This document shows positions 12,401 to 26,729 of a stretch of 64,000 nt of DNA, piece after piece (the stretch's first letter is position 1; each line of letters begins with the position of its first letter). Origin of the DNA: Chrysomallon squamiferum (Eukaryota > Animalia > Mollusca); the NCBI GenBank assembly GCA_012295275.1, contig CM022671.1, positions 34,968,001-35,032,000 of the forward strand, given 5' to 3'. The notes under the pieces are model-generated. The model worked only from the letters and a program-made list of their open reading frames with translations, did no database searches and had not been told where the DNA came from. Made by a program: the position numbers and the translations under genes.

Positions 12401-15139
12401 CTTTTTTTTAAGCTACAGTGAAACATTTAGTACAAAATAACCAAAGTCTTAATCAAACTTGTACAAAGAAGTTAGCCAGTTTTAACCAATTACATCTTAA
12501 TTCCTGTCAAGAAAAACACAAAAATTAAACCAGCAGGATAACGCTAATTCTTTTTTAAGCTTCAGTGAAACATCTACTACAAAGGGACGGAGGTCTTGGT
12601 AAGAAAGGTGTGTGTGTGTAAGGTTATGTCACTTCTTCTGTTTGACACTGTGTGAAGCTCACCCACTGGAACAAGGTTACAGCTATCCTGTGTTTTGTTC
12701 CACACACTGCATTCACTAACACAGTTCGTAAATCCACATGACACAACAGGCTGTCATACCTGTCTTTTTTAAACAAACTTGTCACCATCTGGCATGAAAA
12801 GAAAAAAAAATCTGAAATACTTCTTTACCGTGACAGTGATCAGGGTTAATAGTAATTTACACAAATAAGAAATCTCTATAAATATCTTTTACAAAAATTT
12901 ACAGTAACTGATACCTTCAGAATTAAAAAAATATAAAGTTTCCAAAGTGAAAGGTTTACCAACAAAATGACTGCATGATCACAAGAAGACAATTCCAGTC
13001 AAATTTATATTTTTTTATAACATGAATATTCCATTATGAATAACAATCCAGAATGTGACACAGAAATATAATTCCAGTATTTGAACAACAGTTTCCACAG
13101 ATTCCACTGTTCACTAGACAGAATATACAAATCACCTGAAAGCGTAGCAAATTTATAACCTTTGTCAGAAACACATTTTTCCTTTTCTTATGAAACTAAC
13201 ACATACACAGATACCCAGCAGCGATACTGTGAAGTTTTTGGAAAGAAGAAGGGAAAAGCAGTTGTTTACGACAGATGTCAATTGTTGTACCTGTGGATGA
13301 CAAAGTAAAAAAACTAAAAAAAAAAAAAAAAAAAAAAAACTGCTGTACTGAGTGGGCCTGGTGGAATGTTATCCTGTAATCAGATCAGGCCTGTGTTGGC
13401 TGAGATAAAGTCTCCACAACTACACCATGTTAATCTCGCCTAGCACAGTGTTTGATACACTGCCACGCTTAATAAATAAATGTGTGTGTGTCACACACTT
13501 CACCTTCAATTCAAGACAGTAAACTGGAAGTGCTGATGGACAGGTGTGGGGATGGAAGTTCAGGCCAGTTAAGCCAAAGTGCTGGTAGACGAAGGTGGTT
13601 GTGTGTGTGTATGTGTCTGGGGGTTGGGACACATAAGATAACTCCAGTGTCGTTGAACAAGTGGGGGAGAATGCCAGGCTGTCAGTGGCTCTATCCCGAC
13701 ATGGATTTGCAACAAGCCGAAGGTACACAGAATTAATCCCAGGACAAGTTCAGAAGATGAAAAAAAATTGTTTGCAAGAAACGTGTTAGCAAATATGACT
13801 GGGGCTGTCCTGGCCAAAAGTGTTAAAAAAAACATCAACGGTGAACAAGTTGGCCTAATTTCTACATGCTTGTCAGTTCCTGCACTTTTTGTTTAACAGA
13901 CAGATAAGGTATATTTATTATTCCATGCTGTAAAAAATTTAATATCCTCAAGTGTACTGTTTTATGAACAATTCTGTGCATGTTCCATATGAAGCGTTTC
14001 AAAAGTATAATTTGAATAAAATTATTTTACTCTACATTGACATGAATAAAAAAAGTTTAAAATAAAAATTCTGAAAGATATATTACATATATATTGGTTG
14101 ATATCATTATCTCATATGAAGTTATACCAGTTTCTCTAACTGCAGTATTTAAACACACAAACAACATTATACATATTTTCTTAGTTATTTTATTTAATAC
14201 AGCAATTCAACATAAAAAAAACTAAAAAATCATGAGCCTGGATGTTATTAGATAGTCACATTTAACAAAAGAAAAAGATATTCATTAAATAATAATAAAG
14301 AAAGGACGCCATTGTACTTATAGCCTGTAGTCAGAAATTAATTATTATCACAAAATAATTAAATACAAAATAAAAACAACAGCCTTAAAACTGACTATAA
14401 TCAACAATCCACAATTAACATAAGGAAAAAAACTAGACAAAAAAATCAAATGTAAGTATCCATGGCCCTGTACAAAGTCTAACAAAATAGATATTGTTTT
14501 CATGTTTTGTCCTTGTAATATATAAAACTGTCAGTCTGTATATAACCACAGTTTTCAAAATCCATAATTCATAAAAAAAAAAAGTTTTACCAACAACTGA
14601 CACCATGACAAACACAGTTATACATATTCCTCTAGCAAAATGAGCAGTTCAAAACAAAATGTGATTGAAATGATAAACAAAAAAAAGTTTTAAAAATAAA
14701 ACACCACCACCAACAACAAAAAAAAACTAAAATAAAGAATATTTTTAACAGTAGTGTTGTTAATCACAGGTTAGCCAGTTCAGATATTGGTTGAAATCAC
14801 TGGCAGGTAATGATACAGGTAAAAACAACAGGTAGACTATATAATACTGTTGATCTGGCAGTGAGACTGTCTAGACACAAAATAAACAAAAGTCTCAGTG
14901 GCAGGTAATAATTAAAGGTAACTTAATGAGGTAAAATCATCAGGTAGGCTCAATCTATTGTCTGTTTACTCACAGAGACAGCTGGAGGTAAATGTAAACT
15001 TTAATCATCACAAAATAATTATAATACATGATTGAAACAACAGATGCACTCAACATGTAGAAATAATATTACAGTCAATTAACACAAGACAAACAAATAA
15101 CTAATTTTTAAAATCACAGTTATTAACAATAAGTCATTA

Positions 15140-15192
<53 letters not shown>

Positions 15193-17880
15193 TCTACACA
15201 GATAATAACACAAATTATGACCAACATCCAACTAAAAATGAGTTTGATATATTATATAAACAAAAGTCAGGTAATAATTACAGGTAACTGACAAGACAGT
15301 ACTAGACATAATTATCAATTAATTAATAAATCCAGAAAAATATCAAACACATGTACACTCAATGCTCTTTTCACTTTCCCCACATTAAAATAACACTACA
15401 GGCAAGCAGAACACATCCAGACAGAAATGAGTAAACAGTGGTATGAATAAATGACAGGTAACACTGACAGGCAGACTCCACTCATCTGAACAGAAATGAG
15501 TAGATGAGACGACAATCAATGTGAATGAAAATCTGTAAGAGTTACATGTGTTAATGATAGGAAGACACAATGTATCTGTCTAGAAATGGATGCATATCAT
15601 GAATAGTTTGTAACAGTGCTTGTTTCTGTGTTACCTGGTCTCTGATTGACTGCTACATGTAACAGACTGGGAAACAGACAGTGTCAAAATGAGAAAGACA
15701 ATGCCAGAACAATTAATTACTGTTTCCTTTAACTACTTTTTATTCTCCCAATCCCAAACAAGGAAATGTCTTAAAATACTGGTTTTAAAATTGCTTTGTG
15801 GCATTTTTGTCTATTTAAAATTATTTTAAAATATTCTTTTAGTATTATTGAACATTTTTAACCTTTCCAGATATTTATAAATATTCATTAAATGTTATTT
15901 AACATTTTTGTCTTTTTCTTACATTAAAGAATATCTTTTTAATATTGTAGATATTTACAGACATCTCAGATATTTATGAATGTTTTTTTTTAGTACTGTT
16001 TTTACATTTTTAATATTTTTAAATTTTTATATCACTATTTTAATATGTGCCGGATATTTTTACTTTTTTATTATTAAATTTTTTCTTTCGTTTTATTATT
16101 ATTTATTTTTTTCTGTTTTATTTATTTATTTATTTATTTATTTATTTTTTTGTTGTTGTTGTTTTTATCTTTTCCATATATATAAAATATAATTTTTTTA
16201 ATGTTTTTGGACATGCATATTTATAAAAGTATGTTTTCTGCTACTATATTCACTTATAAAATAAAGAAAAAATAAACAACTATATTATAGTGAAAATGAC
16301 TCAGCCAAGTACATTACAATGTGTTGGAAATTAACTGACAAAAGTCTGACATCTTACAAACATAAAACTTCAACTGATGACAAATACCATGACAAGCATG
16401 TCTAATATAATAAATAAAATACAAACAAAATAATTTAAAAAAAAAAGAAAAAAAAGAATACAAAGAAGTGCATTCACAGAATTGAGAAAAAAATTCAACA
16501 TGCAAACATGAACAGACTTAATGATTTGCTAACCACTCATTCATTTACAAAACAAACTGGAGACAAGGATATATGATATTTGTAATATACTATAATATAC
16601 ACACACACACATTTTTTAAAGGTTTTTTTTATATAAGCACTCTCCTAAGTGCATGATATCATTTACCACAGACTTTAATACATTTGTAATGTTTGAGACA
16701 GTAAAGTTATACTGTGTCCTAAAAAAAACATTCTTTAAACAATCTATTTTATACTCTTATAATGTTATATCATGAATACAAACATGCACAGATCATGTAT
16801 CTCTCTCTCCTTTTCTCTCCCTCATTCTCTTTCTCTCACTCATTTTCTCTCTTCATATATAATGCATTTTTATCTCAACCATCTCTTTCACTACAAATAC
16901 TATTTTTTACAAAATATGATAAATACTTTATTCAGAATTATTAACCACTGAAAAAAAACAAAAAACAAAAAACAACCCAACAAATTATATTAAGTACTGG
17001 AAATGAAACTACAAGATCAAATATCAAATAAAATATTCTACAAATCTACTGAGAACATTAACCCAGTGCATCACAGCAGATTAAACATTCTACGTTAACT
17101 GAATTATGTACTTATGTCATTATATTCATCAACATATTCTTAACCTTGCATCACTGGAAAATAAAGAAAAACATAACCACAATAACACTCATTTGTTAGC
17201 AGTATATTATGTATAATCCTGTATAATCCATGTGGGGCAGATAATCCAGTAATACTCCAATGTTATTCTTCATCATATATAATCCTATCCTTTCATATTT
17301 ACAGAATTATGATCTTTTATTATTGTTTTTGTTTTTCTTTATTGTTGTTTATTATTAATTTTGTTTATATGATTATTATCAGTACTTAATACAACAATAT
17401 ATGTTGTGAAATATTTTCAATGAATAAATATTCTTTTTCTATTTATTGTTCAGTTTAACAGTCCTATCCTTTCAGATTTATAGAGTTTTTATCTTTGGTT
17501 ATTACTTTTGGGCATTTTGTTGTTATTTATTATAATCATTATTAATAATATTATTTAAAATAGTCAGTAAGGTTATATAAATAAAATATTTTGACTGAAT
17601 AAGTGCAAGTTTTCTTCTGTTTTTCTTTCGGTTTTTCAAACTTTTCTTTTCTGCTCAATTTTTTTCTGACATTTCCCTTATCTCTTCCATGATAATGTTA
17701 TTCTTAAATAAAAATAAAAATAGTTCTGAAAATAAAAACTTTCACACACACATTTATTATATTAAAATAGACACATGTACTAATATATATTTAAATGTAT
17801 ATATTAATATATATTCAATATACAGAATCACACGCACACATATGCACCAACACCCACACACAGACTCATGCATGCATGCA

Positions 17881-17925
<45 letters not shown>

Positions 17926-18676
17926 ACAAATTCTTCAAAGATTAAGAAAAAAAAAAGGTATAGAAAGTATCTGACCTTCGTGTTGCAAACCCAATTCTTA
18001 TCACTAATCATGGAGATGTGTGTATAATATTAAACATAATCCACAACAATTAACAGAAATGTCGAAAGTCCCACCCAGGGAGCTCAGCGAGATACATTTT
18101 TGTCATGGCTGTAGATGCTTTGATGTTTATGAAGGCCAGAAACCAAAGTCACATGTACAGCGTTAGACAAAGAACCATTTAGTGAAGTGTTGATATTGTT
18201 TCATCTTCTAATATTTAGTTGTTTGTTTTCAGTCCTGCGACTCTCTACAAGGAATTCGGGCTAACAGTAATCACTTGCGTTTTTGCACCTTCAAAGGCAT
18301 TTCCAAAATGGTTAGAGTTACAGCATTGAGACAAATCCATCATTAAAATATATTTGTCTTTTTACCTAAACCCACAATAGGATTTTGAAATCTCTTTTTC
18401 TTTCTTTTTTTTTTCTGAAAAGGAAGATATTATTGTCCTATTGACACAAATCCAAAAATAAATAATTTGAGTAAAATGTTAAATATAAACATTTAAAATT
18501 TTAAGACAGTTAATTACAGATAAAAGTTTCTTTTTTTCACTAATAGTATTATTGTTGGTATAATTTGACATTATTGTTTTGTTTTTATTTGTGTTGTTGC
18601 TGTAATTACTGAGTTCTTTTATATTTTATAATTTATATTTCCTGAAAAAGTATTTCTTTCTATCAGTTCATTAATA

Positions 18677-18734
<58 letters not shown>

Positions 18735-20500
18735 CTTCAAAGAAGAGATGACACTTACACAATATCATTTAAACTGAAATCTGTGCCATATGTCAAGATC
18801 TTATGAATGTTTTTACCCCTAGGGGTAATAATAAAAAGAACCCAACAATTATTTAATGTTTTCAATTAAAACGTTTTTTCTTTTTTTTAAATTCACTTAA
18901 ATTCAACAATTTTGGGGGTAAAATAAAGTTATTGTTTGTTTTTTAAATATGCAAGGATGTGTGTGTATATGTTATGGCATACACGTGGACTTCTGCTTGT
19001 ATATATGCACATTCATAATCTATTAATACAAATTATCTTTTAATTTTTAACAGGATTCCACTCCAGATTAACAGCAAACTGAAAATTAAGTGCTGACAGT
19101 AACTAGACACGCTAACAAGATGATACATTACAATCATTATGTCCTGACTGTGTGTCACATACAGGAGTTATTTACACACTGGACACTAAGACAAACGTCA
19201 GTGAGAGTTATATCAGTCTCACACTGTTATATAACTCAACATTTCACTCACAATGACCGGATTCTTCTCGGTCAGAACCAGATTTTCAGTTGGCACTATG
19301 AAATATAACAGAGAGGTTTTATTGTGTCAAGTGTTGCTGAGGTCAATAAAATATGTTAGTGTCTTGCAATAGAGTCATAGACGTCCACTTTAATCCTTTA
19401 TACCTACTTTCTTCTGCATATAAAATGATGTATATGTGTTAAAGAATATTATTTGGCTTGGGTTTTTTTTGTAGCTATATTTAACTGATTCAGCTAAATC
19501 ACTCATTTACACACAGACACATAGACACACAGACACAGGAATTTATACACACACAAAATAATAATAAATCTTTTATATGACAATGGCTGAAACAGGAAGA
19601 AGCCTAACAGCCAATTCTATACAAACATAAATGTTAAAAAAAATAATAGAAGTAGTAAATAATAATAATAATAATAATAATAATAGTATGAGTAGTAGTA
19701 GTAGAAGTAATTGTATAAATCATAACAATAAATATTAATAATAATGATAATAGTAAATAACAATAATAAAAAAAAATAGAACAAAAATACTAAATATTCT
19801 ATTCTATAGATTATATGTAAATGGACATAAATTATACAGTAAATTAAATCATCAGTGAAAATATTAAGATAATTTCCACATTCTTTTAACTGCGCTAAGA
19901 TATTTTCTGTTTGTAATATTAACAGCAACAGATAAAATTATTCACACGTGTATGTACTATAAAACAGTATCTATTCTGGGTAGGATTTAGATACACATCA
20001 ATATACACATATATATATATAAAGATGTCTTGGGGACATTTTTTTTAAATAAAACTATATTTTGAACAAAATAGATGGGTAGATGATTCATGAACCCAGA
20101 TGGTATCATTTTTCAGACAAATTTGTGTTTTTTTTCATATTTCTTTTAATAATACTAACTCATTAGTTAATATGAAGTTAAGTAAACATGTATAGATTTA
20201 ATCTCATCAAATATTCTCTGTAATTTCAATTTACTTCCTTAATTTCTAGTTAGTATTTTATTATTATTTTTTATTATCTGAATAACTATAATAAATTTTA
20301 GTTCTTTTAATTTTTTTCGTCAATTACTTGTCTAATAGTTTACTTCCTCATTTCAGTTGCATAGTATTGCTTTTAAAAAATTGCCACATAATTATTTCAT
20401 TAAATTATAATTATTATTTTATTAACTTTTTACAGGTGTTTCTTCATTAAGCTTTATTTCAACCGTGCCAAACTTTTTATTTCAATTTAATTTCAGTTAG

Positions 20501-20540
<40 letters not shown>

Positions 20541-20701
20541 AAAAAAATTGATTCAGTCATTGCTTGAATGTGAATTTAATATAATTAATTTTTCCAAAAA
20601 TTTCCCATGTTTTATGTTTAAATTTTATTTATGTAACAAATTTAAAAAATAAAAAATGAATGTTACTTATTTATTTCTCTTATTAATGCCATCAGGTCAT
20701 A

Positions 20702-20736
<35 letters not shown>

Positions 20737-21561
20737 AAATAATAATTAAATTAAAAACTGCATTTACATTTTTATTTTAATCCATTTACATACAAAAGAA
20801 AATATATCACATACATGAAATGTACATACACACTCATGAACACATAAACACAATTATGAAAATTATATCTAACCATCCTTGAAGACAAAAACCAATAACT
20901 CAGTCTTAATAGTAAATTTGTCATGGCAATAACTCTATTATTTTTATTTTTTATCTAACAGTTTTTAAAAAATAAATGTATATATTACCTTAATTTTCAA
21001 AACAAGATATGCATGTGTTCCAGCAAATAGCTATATTCACAACTATTTTCACATTTACTTTTCAAGAGGTTTCAAAGAATGCAGTATATGTATTCATTTT
21101 GGAAATGTACATAGAATATATTTCATAGTAACCATGTTTGACTAAGAAAATGGTGGCAGAAACATCCATAGACTATAATAACTATTAATTTAAAAATGAG
21201 TTTAGATCATTTTAAAATAATTTTTAGGGTTTTTTTTTAAGCACTATAAACATACTGAATTTTAAAAAAATTTTAATAATACAGACAGAATTTAAAAAAA
21301 AAAATTAAAAAGTAAAGAAGATAATTTAATTTGAAAATAATTTAAAAATTTAAACATTTATTAATTAACACCTAAGGCAAAAACTAAAAATCATTCATGT
21401 CAGAAAATGTCATTTTAAAATTTATGACAGCATAGCAATTGATCATTAATTCTGTGACCTTTTTATCCTAACACAGTCTGTTACTTTTATTACTAAAAGA
21501 AAATGAACTTTGATTCATTCATTCAATAAAATGTTGTTTTTCAGTTCATTCATTTGTTGTG

Positions 21562-21599
<38 letters not shown>

Positions 21600-22509
21600 T
21601 TGTTGCTGTAATTCAGTAGTCTGCAATTTATTCTATTTTATTTTTAATATTTATTGTTACTTATCTTTTTTTATTTTTTATTTTTTATCTTTTTTTTTTT
21701 TTTTTTTTTTTTTTTGTGTATTGCTTTAATTCAGTGGTCTGAATTTATTCTATTTTCTATTTATTATTTTTTATTATTTATTTTTGTTTAAAGAATAACA
21801 CCAAGACATATTTCCCCAAAAATATAAATTAAAATGTAAGCTTAATAAAACCATAATAAAAAAAGAAAAACACAACAACATTTTGGGCATCTTTAAACAG
21901 AATTATAATTGCAATTGTAAAATAATTATTCACTTTCAACTTACATTAAACTTATTTACTACAGCCCTCACAATAAGTGTTTACACTGGCATTTAATCAC
22001 AAATGACAAATGATGACACATTTTATCATCACTGCACCACAGATAACATTGTGAATCTATGTGCTTTGTGTTTAGCTTTTGTTTGCCTTAACAAGGCCTC
22101 TCTGAAAAAAATATCTATTTTAATTATATTAATCTCAAAGGAGTAAGCTTTATTTAAACACTGTCTGTCCAGAGATCGATTGGTCTTTCTTTTTTTCTTT
22201 TCTTTTTTTCTTCAACACATTTATTACTTAATTTATCATTCCAGCTAGAACTGCTATTCTGATGGACATGGCTTTTTTCTGTTATCTGAGCAAATAAAAG
22301 AATTTCCTTCTGCTAAGTGATAACCAAGTAGAACATTTAATTTTCATTATTATAAAAACATAATACATGATACCTAAAAATCAAATGATTTAACAAGCAG
22401 GACAATATTATAACACATCCTAAGCAAAATCTTGGCTGTTTGTTTTTATTATCAGTTATGATCTTAATAATAGCTTTTTATACTTTTTGTAATATTTACA
22501 TACACATGA

Positions 22510-22540
<31 letters not shown>

Positions 22541-22695
22541 TATATTTTCAGAGAAAGATTCACACAAAAACAGAGATAAATACACATACACACATTTAGA
22601 AAAAACACACATTTAGAAAAAACACACATATACACATTCAGAGAGAAAAAACACATACATAATACATACATGCATACATACATACATACATACAT

Positions 22696-22730
<35 letters not shown>

Positions 22731-22731
22731 T

Positions 22732-22770
<39 letters not shown>

Positions 22771-22987
22771 CATACACACAAACCCACAAAAGTGGAATTA
22801 CAAATGTTCTGTGTTAGATGGGGAAGACGTGACAGGTCACTTGATCAAACCTCTGTAACATGTCACCTAGGTCACTTCTTCTGACTGTCAGTAACTGCTC
22901 TATCAAAATGTGCTTTCTCTGGAAAGTGCATATAAATGACCCTTTACTGCTAATTAAAAAATAATAGCTCATTGTTTAACAGAAGTA

Positions 22988-23032
<45 letters not shown>

Positions 23033-24571
23033 AATATATAGAAAGTACTTAACTAAAAGAACAACACCATAATTATAACAGCAGATAAAAAGTGTGTTGA
23101 GTATTATTAAAAGAAATTTCTTCTATCTGCAGTTTTCTGCTGACACTACACTAAGTTCTAACACAGACTTGTCTGATGGATGTTTTACGAATCTCTGTTA
23201 ACACCTCTTTCTAAAACCCTCTTACATAAGACAAATTGTTTTTCAAATGTCAAAACACGCTGCACTCAGATCCTTAGACTGGAAACATGCATTCAAAGCA
23301 AACACAACCCATTTTCATTATTTTAACAGTCTGGGTTATAATATTATCTTAAGGTAAGAAAGTTGATATATATTTAATATTTCAATATACAAGTACCTAA
23401 TAAATACTTGGTAGATTTAATACCTTCTGTAGAGAATCTGTTGGTCACTTTATTCTGAATGTTTTTTGAGGTTTGTTTCTTAATTTTCATTTTGTGAGTC
23501 ATTATGTTCTTGATACATACATATATATAAATATACATGCATACATACATACATACATACATACATACATACATACATACATACATACATACATTATATA
23601 CACTCAGATATATACAATTTCTTATGTTATTGGATATGTATGTGTTTCTGAATATCAGTGTGCCATTAATGTTTATGTATTTGGTATATGAGTATTTAAT
23701 ATTCTGAAAAGTCATTAGCAACTTAGTTTATCAAAATTGCAAAACTATGTATCAAAAAAAATATATATATATATCATCCAATCTTAAGTATATATTTTTT
23801 GTTCTGTTTTACTATTATACGTTTTATAGTACTGATCTAAATAAACACTGATACTGGTAAATAAGTAAAAAATAAAAATGATCCATGGTATCAAATGTGA
23901 AGGCAGGTTAGCACATTAGAAATTACATAGTGAAAAAGAAAGTGAGATTTCTTATAAATGCTAATTAACTGATAGTAAACATCTTGTACAAACATTATAC
24001 AAATAGTGGTCACCATGAGTTCAAATTTTGGATATGCATACTTTATAAACATTTGAAACTATATACATACATTCAGACTCATATATATACCTATATAATT
24101 ATATACATTTACATACATATATATATATACATTTACATACATATATATATATACATACATACAAATATAAAAATATACCTCATACAAAATATATACACAC
24201 ACACATACACACACACACAAATACATTAATAAATACATGTATACAAACATAAAAATATACCTCATACAAAATACCTACATATATATACACACATTTAAAT
24301 ATATCTTCTTACATATACATATTCATACCTAAGTAATCTATTCATGTATTTTCATACATACATATTAAACATAATCCACACACATACACACACACAAATA
24401 TGCACACATACACATTTATAAACACAGAAATTAAGCTTTAGCAAAATTATACATTTGTATGTTTCAATGGCACCACAGCATTCCCAGTTGAGATAAACAA
24501 GATACAAACACATGCAAGATACGATATCGATATAAAAACATGATGGATTAGACTTTCATGTTTCTGGGTGG

Positions 24572-24604
<33 letters not shown>

Positions 24605-26182
24605 TTTTGCTTGTTTACCTTAAATGCTGCCTTCTTATTTCTTGTTAAATGTGCAGCAGGTGAGTTTACTCTACGATGTCGATGCAGTCTTGGGCTACCT
24701 ACTATCTGTACGCTCACTGCAACTTTGTAATCCATTTTACAGATTGTTTTGTAACAAGTGTATAGCCAGTGTGACAGTGACAGTGTGACACAGTGTGGAT
24801 CAGTTTGCAAACACAAAGCTTGAATCTCCTTGGTAAGTGTCAGTCAGTGATCAACTGTTCAACATTATCCACCAAAAAAAAAAATAATAATAATTTCTAT
24901 TGGTGGTAAGGGGTCACTTCCTATCAGAGTTCAGCATGATAGAGTAATAATAACAAATTTATGCAAAACTGGTTTGAGGGTTTTTATTGTAATAACAACA
25001 GGGATTAATGAAATAAATATATACTAGCAGAACTTGTAAAATGATAGTAAAGTATTAATAAAATGATAGTAAATAAATAAATAAATAAATAAATGTTTGT
25101 TATAATGTCCTGCATCAATAAATAATTTAATGTTTGTTATAAAAATAAATAAATTAATTAAAAAAATATTTGTTATGATGTCCTGCATTAAAATAAATCA
25201 ATAAATAATTTAATGTTTGTTATAAAAATAAATAAATAAATTTAAAAAATGTTTGTTGTAATGTCCTACATTATAATAAATCAATAAATAATTTAAAGTT
25301 TGGTATAAAAATAAATAAATAAATGTATGACTCTTGCCAGTAATGCATTATAAAAATAATAAATTGATAAATAAATGCATAAATAAATAAAAGTTAGTTA
25401 TATATAACGAATATTTTTCCCAATATTTCACAAACTGTTTAGAAATAGTAAAAATATGGACTGTCATGACTTTCAGCCGTATTATGATAATTATAGCTTT
25501 TAATACATTCTACACATTTTCCTATTCAGTTTTTTTCCATTCTTATATCAAAATAGTCCATGCATTATTTCATGGCCATGAGCATTAATCAAAAGAAAAA
25601 TTGACCGCTAGAATATCAAGGCCATTTATTATTATTATTAATATTATTTTTTTATTATTTTATTATTATTTTCAATAATCCTTTTTATGTTCAAGGCAAA
25701 GTAGGAATTTTTAATGTGAAGTACAAGTAGCTAATGTAATATGTTTTTTGTTGTTAATGTGTTGTTAATGTGTAGTTAATGGTTTGAAAAGTATGTATTA
25801 TTGGATTACATGCTCTGATAAACATCTTAATGTTATATACAGTTAAATGACAAGCTCTTGACAAATCTTGTGCATACATGCATGCAGGGATAATTTATAG
25901 TCACATGAGTATGAAATGAAAAGTCAAATTGTAGTGTGAGAAAAAACGTATACCTTACAAACTGAATATTGTCAGTGGGTGAAGTAATTTATTGGGTACA
26001 TGGAATATTATTAAAAAAAACCAATTAAAAATCAAGTAGTGATAAGATGTTTTTGTGGTAGCAATGTTTAAAGGTGTGACACGCAGCAGGTAAAACAACT
26101 TTTTGATTTATTAACAGATTTTGTAACATAAGTAAGAAATTACACAAACATAAACATACACATACATACGAACATAAGCTCA

Positions 26183-26221
<39 letters not shown>

Positions 26222-26680
26222 TTATATGGAATATTTATATATACCAGTACTCAAGCAATACAGATATATTCACAGATATTCATACATATATGCATATGCA
26301 TGCCTATATCCAAATTAGATAAGAAAATTAATTATAATAATCAGTACAATTTTCATTTTAACAATTAAACTTGGTATTAAATGATTTAAAACCTATTGAT
26401 GATCAATATGTTTTAAATAGCATTAGGAAGTAGTTAATATAAACATACAGTTACTTTCATATTTTGGTATAATTAAAACAGTGAGGCACATATGAATTTA
26501 CATCCTTCTTAATACTAATTATACAAATCTCTTACAAATAAAAATAAATAATATTTTTCAAAAGATGTTGGTAACATTTCAAGATTCTAAATATGAAACG
26601 ATTTAAAATATATTTATGTAAATATAATATTATACTGTTACTTAAAATTTACTTCCTCTCTCTCTTCAGGTTAACAATTT

Positions 26681-26729
<49 letters not shown>

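Noticed and set aside
13420-13838. Three overlapping short ORFs
   Set aside because: No recognisable homology or consistent splice sites; partly CA/TG repeat.
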